Assembly: GCA_964624385.1 (NCBI GenBank)
Contig: CAZUZV010000004.1
Coordinates: 12,348 to 76,347, forward strand
Length of the DNA: 64,000 nt
From: an uncultured Eubacteriales bacterium
GTDB lineage: Bacteria > Bacillota > Clostridia > Oscillospirales > Acutalibacteraceae
Direction of reading: 5' to 3'
Translations under genes and position numbers: made by a program
Notes under the pieces: generated by a model
Database searches by the model: none
The model's input: the letters and a program-made list of their open reading frames with translations, nothing else
Told to the model about the DNA's origin: nothing
In this document: positions 52,001 to 58,807 of the stretch, in pieces
Position numbering within the stretch: the stretch's first letter is position 1
Layout: each line of letters starts with the position of its first letter

Positions 52001-52781
52001 CTTGCAACACGGTGTTACGGCATTAAAGCAGGTTCATTCTCTTTTCGGTAAAAAAGGTTCTTCACCGATGACATATTTTATTACAACCGGTAAGGTAGAG
52101 CAGGAAATTGTCGTTAATGAACTTTTATACACTCCCGAAACTGCCCCCATAACAGGTTTTGCCCGTTGGGATGCGTTAGTGAATAAAGAGGATAAGAATG
52201 ACAGATTCATTCTTGTTATGCCTACATGGCGCTCATGGTTAGAGGATGTTTCGGACGAAGAGTTTATGCAAAGTGACTATTATAATCGCTATACAGCTCT
52301 TCTTAAAAGCCCCGAACTTTCAGATGTTCTCCAAAAAGGTAATACCAGAGTGGTTTTCTATATTCACCCGAAATTTGCAGGATATATAGAAAACTTCAAG
52401 GATTTGGTTAGCGAGAACATCTCGTATATTCCGTTCGGTCAAGAGCCTCTTAATGAGCTTATGATGAAATGTTCAATGCTCATAACGGACTATTCAAGCG
52501 TTTGTTGGGATGTTTATTATCTGGACAAACCCGTTCTGTTCTATCAGTTCGATTATGATAAATATTCTGTTGCTCATGGTTCATATATCAATATGGAAAC
52601 AAGTCTTTTCGGTAACCGTTCTGTTGAAGAAGCTGATTTGATAAAGGATATCGAGCATTTTGTTAACAATGGTTTTGTTGAAAATGAAAAAGACAGAATT
52701 GATGCGGCGAAGTATTTTGAATACCGTGATAATAATAATAGTAAGCGAATATACGAATTCTTAAAGAAAAATAAATATTAA
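49050..52781 (+). CDS. Teichoic-acid-type CDP-glycerol/ribitol glycerophosphotransferase with two TagF-like catalytic domains
   Basis: Domain 1 (about aa 40-410): TWHGTPLK, GYPRNE, YMPTWRG, LITDYSSVFFDY. Domain 2 (about aa 870-1243): LQHGVTALK, GFARWD, VMPTWRSW, LITDYSSVCWDV. ATG 49050 follows AAGGAG. Confidence 0.85.
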   Translation: MGVLKLLKLIKKNIAKFKRMFFTKAPKRKFFYAYFYKFFKIKPNTILVESFHGSNISDSGLALVREILKSYPDKYKIYYGTIDKKLHQKFIDDIGLKVELVDVESFRYTKILATSEYLINNSSFPVYFVKRDEQKYIQTWHGTPLKTLGKDMRLGIESMYNVQHNFLQADYITFPNDFTRDVMMECYNLNPLYTGKVVMAGYPRNEIFFDTQTGKDLKKKLGLENKTVYGYMPTWRGKSNADISTEVYEKTVASIFKELDKKLNDDQVFFVNFHPILKNAISLDNYKHIKPFPQGVDNYSFLNCCDALITDYSSVFFDYSLTKKPIVLFMYDYDEYMQDRGMYMDVATLPFRKIYDVEEFAETLASESFMNDSYENTEYFETFFKYDSPDISKKLLRLLLEGDAGNLPVTDYSHNTVKPLKVLHPQVVKTFADLNTISKVADDDTVVYFERRWFKKSVGPTLHDFFNNDFKYVIVTRTTPRTYLEEILCKLGVKSALKAVQLREIKRTFPNLNINPEFITEYSAYEKDCNVDINNIRFADIKSVENQGKDLKVAFNNDGFELLNIVLLNKKTITNVVEIPEENRNSDSFIVPLQSLIEKYEVYYKEKRKVGVVAVCKSTGEKCVLLFSKQTNGTDIAQNYENPILENYNLVKDYYKENFKRLFNMESQRAKEVSELYDLTLTDVRVAILPYYFEDALSLCFSSEENYLEFAYENGSVKTVKTKGNKCRITATFPIDSAAKITDVVLKYRSKVEDILIPVNFTTKVLKDRVLLNIDIDFSEDMPLKPIYWDLRVVVEKYGTKQLIKLEYKNKTLLKYKFIALNCVCKINSENLIFPYLGKNGALCFCYKENGEYDTALVKFKEVVVFGIYYFFGSFWRRKNIWLVYEKFSNYAQDNGYFFFKYCMENLTDEQKKNIFYVIDKRSPDYKNVKKYSKNVIQFMSMKHMMYCLAMRICIASDSKPHLYKWRSTPSFIVNRLNRKKILFLQHGVTALKQVHSLFGKKGSSPMTYFITTGKVEQEIVVNELLYTPETAPITGFARWDALVNKEDKNDRFILVMPTWRSWLEDVSDEEFMQSDYYNRYTALLKSPELSDVLQKGNTRVVFYIHPKFAGYIENFKDLVSENISYIPFGQEPLNELMMKCSMLITDYSSVCWDVYYLDKPVLFYQFDYDKYSVAHGSYINMETSLFGNRSVEEADLIKDIEHFVNNGFVENEKDRIDAAKYFEYRDNNNSKRIYEFLKKNKY

Positions 52782-52785
52782 AAGT

Positions 52786-52819
52786 TTAACACCGCAGAAA
52801 AGATTTTCTGCGGTGTTAA
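52786..52819. terminator. Bidirectional terminator between the TagF-like gene and the acyltransferase gene
   Basis: 16-bp perfect stem ttaacaccgcagaaaa/ttttctgcggtgttaa. Confidence 0.85.
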
Positions 52820-52823
52820 ATAT

Positions 52824-54200
52824 TTAAAAGCCTTTTATATTCTTTTCATATTCTGTGAAGAATCTTTCAAGGATTTCTTCATCTTTTTTGTTACCTCTCA
52901 GGCAAATTGAAACGCTTAAATCTCCGTTAATGCTCAGAGCCGTCATAACCGCGCAAGGCTTGTTTTTTGCAGCACCTGCTACGAAAGCGGAAAACGGCTT
53001 ATTGTCTGCAAGCGAGAATGCAACTGTGTCAATTTTACCAACATTGCTGACTGATAAAGTGGGGTTGCGGTAAAAGAGCTTTACAACGGGCTCTGCCTGT
53101 AAATAAATCATTGATTTATAGCCTATATTAAGAAGTGGCAGTCCGTGAAGTCCCATAAATTCATCAGCTTTAAGTTCTTTTGTTTTCTTAATGACAAGTG
53201 AAAGTGTTTCCTTTAAATTATTACCCATTCTTTCAATTGCGCAATGGCTGAAGGAAACGTGATTAGTGTAGCCTATGGTTGAGGTGTCTTTAATATGCCG
53301 TCTTAAATCGGTAGCACATGAAACGCTTATACTTTCGTTACTTTTGAAATCAGCAACCTTTTTAAGTGCGTCAATATAAGATGCCACTAGCAAATCGTTA
53401 ACTGTACCGCCTTGAGCTTTTGTATAAGCTACTGCTTTGTCAAAATAATCTTTTTCGATTTTTCTCCCGACAATAACAACATCTTTCTCAATATTGTCAT
53501 TTTGGAAGGGAAAACGATGATTGTCACGAGGAGAAATATTGGCAAATTGAAGCTTCGCTTTCTTTTTAAAACCAGGCTCCATATCCTTGTAAACCTCAGT
53601 ATATTTTCTTGAGCCCACAGAGAAGCAAACAGGGGAGATGCCGTTTAAAACGTAATCGGAATAGGCTTTGCAAAAGTCGCTCCAAAACGCCTTGAAACCG
53701 CCACCATCCATACACATATGATTCCATATAAAAAGTATGTATGTCTTACCGGAATGATAATATAATCCTATATTTATCTGGATATTGCTTGAAAGTGGGA
53801 TTTCCCGGGAAAAGAATTGCTGTTTTGCTTTTTCCAAGTCCTCAACCTCTTGGGCAAATACCGTTTCATTAATGTTGTAATTCGCAACTTTCCAGTAAGG
53901 TGTTATGGGGTTTCTTATAACTCTCGAATGTAAACAAGGTGCGCTTTCAAGGGCGCAAACAGCAACATTTTTGAAGGCTTCTTCATCAACTAAAAAGTCA
54001 TAATCAACCTCAAAGCGTGCCAGCCTGTCCATATATTTACGGCACATAAGATTAACCTTATCATACATTTCGCAGGGTAGGGTCTTTTTTAAGAGCTTGG
54101 GATTATTCTCTTTGAACTCAATTAAATCCGTAATAACCTTTTCATCGGTCAAGCCTTTATTTCTTAAAGATTGCGATTCAGTTTCAAAATTAATTTTCAT
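52824..54200 (-). CDS. Stand-alone condensation/CAT-fold (HxxxD) acyltransferase
   Basis: Active-site-type motif WNHMCMDGGG (HxxxDG), downstream VNDLLVASY and C-terminal SNVG, as in NRPS C-domains and WS/DGAT enzymes. 9-nt gap after the GH3 gene. Confidence 0.7.
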   Translation of the reverse strand: MKINFETESQSLRNKGLTDEKVITDLIEFKENNPKLLKKTLPCEMYDKVNLMCRKYMDRLARFEVDYDFLVDEEAFKNVAVCALESAPCLHSRVIRNPITPYWKVANYNINETVFAQEVEDLEKAKQQFFSREIPLSSNIQINIGLYYHSGKTYILFIWNHMCMDGGGFKAFWSDFCKAYSDYVLNGISPVCFSVGSRKYTEVYKDMEPGFKKKAKLQFANISPRDNHRFPFQNDNIEKDVVIVGRKIEKDYFDKAVAYTKAQGGTVNDLLVASYIDALKKVADFKSNESISVSCATDLRRHIKDTSTIGYTNHVSFSHCAIERMGNNLKETLSLVIKKTKELKADEFMGLHGLPLLNIGYKSMIYLQAEPVVKLFYRNPTLSVSNVGKIDTVAFSLADNKPFSAFVAGAAKNKPCAVMTALSINGDLSVSICLRGNKKDEEILERFFTEYEKNIKGF

Positions 54201-54209
54201 TTAAGTACC

Positions 54210-55904
54210 TTATTCTTCAATAATGTGGGAGAAGAAAAATTCCTTCTTTTCTTCTGTGTCAATAACCTTAATTGGCTTAACCTGATTAAGATTTGCACCA
54301 CGCTTTCTTAATACCTCACGGTAGTCGTCATAGGTTCCGTGGCGCAGGAATTTAACCCGGCAATGACCGAGAGCACCGCTTTTTATAAGGGGCTCAACTG
54401 AAACATTACCCTTGCAGAGCATTTTTTCAAAAAGCTGATTGTATGTAGCTTTCTTTTCTTCGCTTATGGGGGTAGCCGCTTCAATAAGAAGAACATAGTG
54501 TCCGGGTGAGGTGGTGCGGTCGGGGTAAATACTGTAGCCGATGTATAAATCATCTGTTTCATCGGAAAGATTCTGCACTATTTCGTCAAAAGCCATCTGG
54601 CTGATTTTTTCACCGCTTATGTTTGCAATTTGGTTGAGTCTGTAACAGAATGTTACTTTCGGTGATTGATGATAGTAACCCGTAACCTTTATAACATCTT
54701 CAATTCTGTAGCGGTAAAAGCCACTCATATTTGTAAGGATTATTTCGTATTCCTTGCCTATTTCAAGGTCTTTTATAGTGAGAAGCTTGTCATAACCCTC
54801 CTGGTCAACAGGACGGAATTCGTAAAAACCGTTCTGAGGGAGCATTACATATTCAAAGGAGTTCAGCTCAATGGGAACTGCCATAAAGGCTTCTGTTGCG
54901 GTGTAGCCCAGATAGTGAATGGGCATATCTTCGCCAATGTAACGGCGAAGCTTTTTAGCGTATAGAGAAAGCGCACCCGTTCCCATACCGTAAAGCCACT
55001 CAACCTTGGGCCATATACGAGGAATAATGGGGGAATCATCAAAGCCCTTTTGGAACTCTTTTCTCAATTCATCCGCTCTTTTGGGATTGGGTTTAAGCTT
55101 TTTATTGTATTTTGCTCTTAATTCTTCAGGCATTTTTATACTGTCGTTTATAACACCCTTTTCAATATCATCGCAAAGCATTTCCCAGTTTTCTTCCATA
55201 TAGAAAAACATAGATTCAAGAGTTGTGATGAAAATTGTGCCGAGATAGCTTACTTTTCTGTTAGGTAAAGCAAAGCGCAGTTTAAGATAGTGCATATCCA
55301 TATCGCTGTCAGGAGCAGGGAAAAGCACTTCCTTAGGTGATGTAGCAAAGAAGGGAACAAGAGGACGGAGGTTTAAAAGAGGTACGGAAGAAAGGCAACT
55401 GATAGTACCGCCTTTTACTTTTCTTCTTCCCGTTTCCGCAGTCAAAAGTCCCTTTTGCGGTGGTAATACTCTGCCTTTTTTCAAAAACCATTTTACAGCG
55501 CAGCCTACGGGCGCAGAAAAACCGAAGCATTGAGCAACCCATTCCGCCCAGAATGAAAGGGGAACGAGCTTTTGCTTACCGGTACTGCCCGAGCTTTCTG
55601 TAAATCGCCTTATCGGGAAATTAGTGATAAGCCCTCGTTTGCCCTCAGCCATCTGCCAGACATATTCGTCATAATCGGCATAGGTTGAAAGGGGAACAAT
55701 TTTCTGATAATCTTCAACAGATTTAACATCCTTGAAATTATTCTTTTTGCCGTAAACCGTGGTTTTATTTATTCTCATAAGACGCTTAATTGTCTTTTCC
55801 TGTAGCTTCCAAGCCCGTCTTGAATAAATTGCTAATTTTGTATGCTCGCATACACCCAAAAATCCACCAAACGCTGCAAGGATATAACCTTTTATATCAA
55901 TCAT
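54210..55904 (-). CDS. GH3-family adenylate-forming acyl-acid amido synthetase-like protein
   Basis: TESSGSTGKQKLVP (ANL/GH3 P-loop motif), YRYRIEDVIKVTGYY (GH3 YRxGD motif), C-terminal NLNQVKPIKV. 564 aa. Confidence 0.75.
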   Translation of the reverse strand: MIDIKGYILAAFGGFLGVCEHTKLAIYSRRAWKLQEKTIKRLMRINKTTVYGKKNNFKDVKSVEDYQKIVPLSTYADYDEYVWQMAEGKRGLITNFPIRRFTESSGSTGKQKLVPLSFWAEWVAQCFGFSAPVGCAVKWFLKKGRVLPPQKGLLTAETGRRKVKGGTISCLSSVPLLNLRPLVPFFATSPKEVLFPAPDSDMDMHYLKLRFALPNRKVSYLGTIFITTLESMFFYMEENWEMLCDDIEKGVINDSIKMPEELRAKYNKKLKPNPKRADELRKEFQKGFDDSPIIPRIWPKVEWLYGMGTGALSLYAKKLRRYIGEDMPIHYLGYTATEAFMAVPIELNSFEYVMLPQNGFYEFRPVDQEGYDKLLTIKDLEIGKEYEIILTNMSGFYRYRIEDVIKVTGYYHQSPKVTFCYRLNQIANISGEKISQMAFDEIVQNLSDETDDLYIGYSIYPDRTTSPGHYVLLIEAATPISEEKKATYNQLFEKMLCKGNVSVEPLIKSGALGHCRVKFLRHGTYDDYREVLRKRGANLNQVKPIKVIDTEEKKEFFFSHIIEE

Positions 55905-55941
55905 TTTATCACCCGAGTAACTTCATTTTACAATTACATAA

Positions 55942-55970
55942 AATATACTATATTAATGGCAAATTGTAAA
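55942..55970 (-). promoter_or_regulatory. Possible sigma-A promoter of the GH3 operon, with its -35 inside repeat copy C1
   Basis: Minus strand reads TTTACA, 17-nt spacer, TATATT, ~38 nt upstream of the ATG. Confidence 0.35.
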
Positions 55971-56009
55971 TGGTAAATTGCAAATTTCGGGGCAAAGCCG
56001 ATTATGAAT
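55957..56009 (+). repeat. TGGYAAR-heptad plus GGGGCAAAGCCGATTAT element, copy C1
   Basis: tGGCAAATTGTAAATGGTAAATTGCAAATttcGGGGCAAAGCCGATTATgaat. Near-identical to the reverse complement of copy B. Confidence 0.7.
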
Positions 56010-56093
56010 GCAAAATTGCTAAATGCAAAATATCGTGGCGCGTAAATGCGCCAAATTATAATTGTAGGGTAGGTCCGTCCCGTTAGCTACAAT
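56010..56093 (+). repeat. Heptad plus GGCGC hairpin element, copy C2, with an adjacent 7-bp-stem hairpin
   Basis: gcaaaattgctaaatgcaaaat, then hairpin GGCGC-gtaaat-GCGCC (56037-56052), which matches the copy D hairpin. Then ATTGTAG..19 nt..CTACAAT (56061-56093). Confidence 0.55.
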
Positions 56094-56122
56094 AAAAATT
56101 TAGCGAAAAAATCAAAAGTGGG

Positions 56123-56151
56123 TTGCAAAATATTTTTTTATGGTTTATAAT
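56123..56151 (+). promoter_or_regulatory. Sigma-A-type promoter of the replication-module genes
   Basis: TTGCAA, 17-nt spacer, TATAAT. RBS GGAGG precedes ATG 56194. Confidence 0.6.
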
Positions 56152-56193
56152 TGCAAACAGAACAAATGTTCACAAAGAAAACGGAGGAATTGA

Positions 56194-56982
56194 ATGAAGG
56201 AAAAGAAAGGATTTATTGTCTATTTTGATTGGGCGGAAACATTAAAAAGATTTTCAAAAGAACAGGCAGGGGAAATATTTTTTGCTATGTTCGACTTTGG
56301 TGAAACCGGCGAAGTTCCTGAGTTTGAGGATTTTGCTGTTGAAACTGCCTTTTCATTTATTAAGAGAACTTTAGAAAGAGATATGGAGGCTTATGAGAAA
56401 AAGTGCATTGCACGTTCTGAAAACGGAAAAAAGGGCGGAAGACCAAAAAAAGAGGAGAGTGATAAAAAGCTGAATAAAGCTAATGAAAGCAAAGAAAAGC
56501 TAAATAAAGCTAAAAAAGCAGAAACAGAGAAAGAAACAGAGAAAGAAACAGAAAAAGAAACAGAAACAGAAACAGAAACAGAAACAGAAACAGAAACAGA
56601 AACATATAATTTATTATCAATATCTTCATCACCTGCGGTGACGGAGGGGAAGCCTTTGAATGTTTATTCAGATGATTTTTTAAAATTCTGGAGCGAATAC
56701 CCGAGGAAAGTTGGAAAAGGTGCGGCATATAAAATATTCAATAAGCTTAAATTAACCAAAAAAGAAAAAGACGATATTATGTCGGCTCTCATTTGGCAGA
56801 AAAAAAGTGAGCAGTGGTTGAGAGACAACGGACAATATATTCCTCATCCTGCAACTTATCTTGTCCAGAAAAGGTGGGAGGATGAACCGTCGGAAAAATT
56901 CGGCGGTGATATAACCGACCCAAGCAGATATGTTGATGATGAAGAAGATAATTTTGATTTCAGGAGTGTTTATGGAGAATAA
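56194..56982 (+). CDS. Phage/plasmid-type replication organizer-like protein with an internal (ET)n repeat
   Basis: N-terminus FIVYFDWAETL..NGKKGGRPKK and C-terminus FLKFWSEYPRKVGKGAAYKIF..YIPHPATYLVQKRWEDE are patterns I associate with phage replisome-organizer/DnaD-like proteins. Family names are recalled, not searched. Confidence 0.6.
   Translation: MKEKKGFIVYFDWAETLKRFSKEQAGEIFFAMFDFGETGEVPEFEDFAVETAFSFIKRTLERDMEAYEKKCIARSENGKKGGRPKKEESDKKLNKANESKEKLNKAKKAETEKETEKETEKETETETETETETETETYNLLSISSSPAVTEGKPLNVYSDDFLKFWSEYPRKVGKGAAYKIFNKLKLTKKEKDDIMSALIWQKKSEQWLRDNGQYIPHPATYLVQKRWEDEPSEKFGGDITDPSRYVDDEEDNFDFRSVYGE
56521..56604 (+). repeat. In-frame hexanucleotide microsatellite: (GAAACA/GAGAAA)x6 followed by perfect (GAAACA)x8
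   Basis: Counted directly. The perfect run is 56557-56604 and encodes ETEKETEKETEK plus (ET)8. Confidence 0.95.
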
Positions 56983-57775
56983 AAATATTTGTAGAATTTG
57001 TGGTAAGGAAAAAAGCAGTAGGGTAATACCTTACATAAATAAAATTATTTATATTGATTGTGAATGTGAAAAGGAATTGCTTTTAAAAATTGAGGAAGAA
57101 AAAAGGGAGAAAGCAATCAAAAGTTATATTGATATGAGAACAAAATCAAGTCACATTTTAAGAAAAGAAGAAAAAGCAGATATTTCAACCTTGATAATTG
57201 ATGATAACAACCGCAGAGCCGTTGACGCCGCCAAATACATTATTGAGCTTTTGTTAAAAGAAGATTCATCAAAAACCAAGAACGGCTTGATTTTGTCAGG
57301 TAACAGAGGCAGCGGGAAAACCTTTATTGCCGCTTCGATTATTAATGAATATAATAAAAAGCAAGCTTTTAATGAGGGCGTAATAAAAGAAATTATTAAA
57401 TCACATGAAAATGGTTTTCTTAATGATCTTGGTGTGAAAATTAATTCGAATTGCAAATACATTAAAGAAAAAGATGTTATTTTGCTTTATGAAAAATATA
57501 ATTACAGGGATAATACTTCACCAATTGATGAGTTTAAAAAAGCAAAGCTTTTGGTTATTGATGATTTAGGCACTACTTATGGTGACAGTAAAAAGATTAT
57601 GTCAATTTTATTTGATTTATTTGATTACCGATACAGTCAAGAGCTTTCCACAATTATAACAACTAACCTTACAAAAGAGGATTTAATGGATTATTTAGGA
57701 GAAAGAACATTTGACAGATTACGGTGCGCTTGTCATTTTGTAAGCTTGGCATCATTTGAAAGCAGGAGGAGTTAA
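56972..57775 (+). CDS. DnaC/DnaI/IstB-like AAA+ helicase-loader protein
   Basis: N-terminal Cys cluster CRICGKE..CEC, Walker A GNRGSGKT, Walker B LLVIDDLG, sensor ITTN. ATG 56972 follows AGGAG and overlaps the upstream stop codon. Confidence 0.75.
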   Translation: MENKNICRICGKEKSSRVIPYINKIIYIDCECEKELLLKIEEEKREKAIKSYIDMRTKSSHILRKEEKADISTLIIDDNNRRAVDAAKYIIELLLKEDSSKTKNGLILSGNRGSGKTFIAASIINEYNKKQAFNEGVIKEIIKSHENGFLNDLGVKINSNCKYIKEKDVILLYEKYNYRDNTSPIDEFKKAKLLVIDDLGTTYGDSKKIMSILFDLFDYRYSQELSTIITTNLTKEDLMDYLGERTFDRLRCACHFVSLASFESRRS

Positions 57776-57780
57776 AAAAA

Positions 57781-57804
57781 CATCGCAGTCATTTGACTGC
57801 GATG
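57781..57804. terminator. Bidirectional terminator
   Basis: 10-bp stem catcgcagtc/gactgcgatg, A7 upstream (T7 on the minus strand). Confidence 0.8.
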
Positions 57805-57811
57805 AGGGGAT

Positions 57812-58714
57812 TTATTTCATAAGTCCGTTTGCCACGCACCAATCGTGGAATGATTTAATAGAGCGAAGTCTTGCGGGAGAAAGATTGTGAGAGCCTCTTG
57901 TGTACCAGTTGAAGTTTTTAACTCCCTGAAGTCTGATAAGCTCTTTTGCACTTGCGCAGAAGCCACTGTCAATAGCGTTATCAAGAAGAATAATTTCGTT
58001 GTAGCGTTGCTCAGCAAGAGCCATATCACCGCTTACGAATGCTTCGTGGAATCTCTGGAAGAATGCACCACCGCAGGATGTGGGAGTTGCCATAACACCT
58101 CTTGCACCTGCAACATAGGAATCAAAGAGATAGGGCATATTTGCCTGAATGATTGTGGAATCATTTTTGTTTGCGATTTTATCTTTAATCATTTCAAGTG
58201 AGCAGGTTGTGTCCTTAATACCCCAGATAAGACCGTCTTTAGTAAGCTCACCGTATGCTTTACCGCTCATAAGATGAGGTTGGAAGCCGGGAAACTCGTA
58301 AAGGAAAACGGGGAGAGTTGTTGCGGAGGCTAACTCTCTGATGTATTCAACGAGCTTGTCGTCATCATCGCCCATACCTTTTGTGGTAAGAACAAGACCG
58401 TCAACACCGGTCTGCTCCATTTTCTTGATTTCTTCGAGATTTTCTTCCTTTGTAGGTTCAATGTTTGCAGTTGCAACAACTGTTGTTTCACCTTTGTGCT
58501 TAACTGTAAGTGTTGCAAGTTTAAGTCTTTCTTCGAGAGTAAGCTCTCTCATTTCAGAGCTGCCACAAACTGCGAAAAGGTGTTCAACGCCTTGTGAAAC
58601 CTGCCAGTCTGCATATTCTTCGTATGTATCATAGTCAATGCTTCTGTCCTCAAAGAAGGGGGTGAGCATTAATGAATAAATACCGTCTTTTGCTTCTCTT
58701 GTAAGCTTTGCCAT
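57812..58714 (-). CDS. Dihydrodipicolinate synthase/N-acetylneuraminate lyase family protein
   Basis: 300 aa with LTPFFED N-terminus and Schiff-base lysine context WGIKDTT. Specific substrate not assignable. Confidence 0.8.
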   Translation of the reverse strand: MAKLTREAKDGIYSLMLTPFFEDRSIDYDTYEEYADWQVSQGVEHLFAVCGSSEMRELTLEERLKLATLTVKHKGETTVVATANIEPTKEENLEEIKKMEQTGVDGLVLTTKGMGDDDDKLVEYIRELASATTLPVFLYEFPGFQPHLMSGKAYGELTKDGLIWGIKDTTCSLEMIKDKIANKNDSTIIQANMPYLFDSYVAGARGVMATPTSCGGAFFQRFHEAFVSGDMALAEQRYNEIILLDNAIDSGFCASAKELIRLQGVKNFNWYTRGSHNLSPARLRSIKSFHDWCVANGLMK

Positions 58715-58768
58715 TGTAAACGACTTCTTTCTTTAGTGATATTTTTACAAGCTTTTTACAAAGTTTTT

Positions 58769-58794
58769 AAGGGCTGTACCGAAGTACAACCCTT
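58769..58794 (-). other. Stable stem-loop with a cUUCGg tetraloop in the pck 3-prime UTR
   Basis: The minus-strand RNA forms an 11-bp stem (one G-U) closed by UUCG. The plus-strand version would carry a C-A mismatch. No U-tract follows. Confidence 0.6.
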
Positions 58795-58807
58795 ATAAAA
58801 TGTTAAA

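Noticed and set aside
55905-57811. Calling this region a prophage or integrative element
   Set aside because: Only two replication-type genes are present. No integrase, recombinase, structural, lysis or att-like direct repeats could be identified, so at most it is a remnant.
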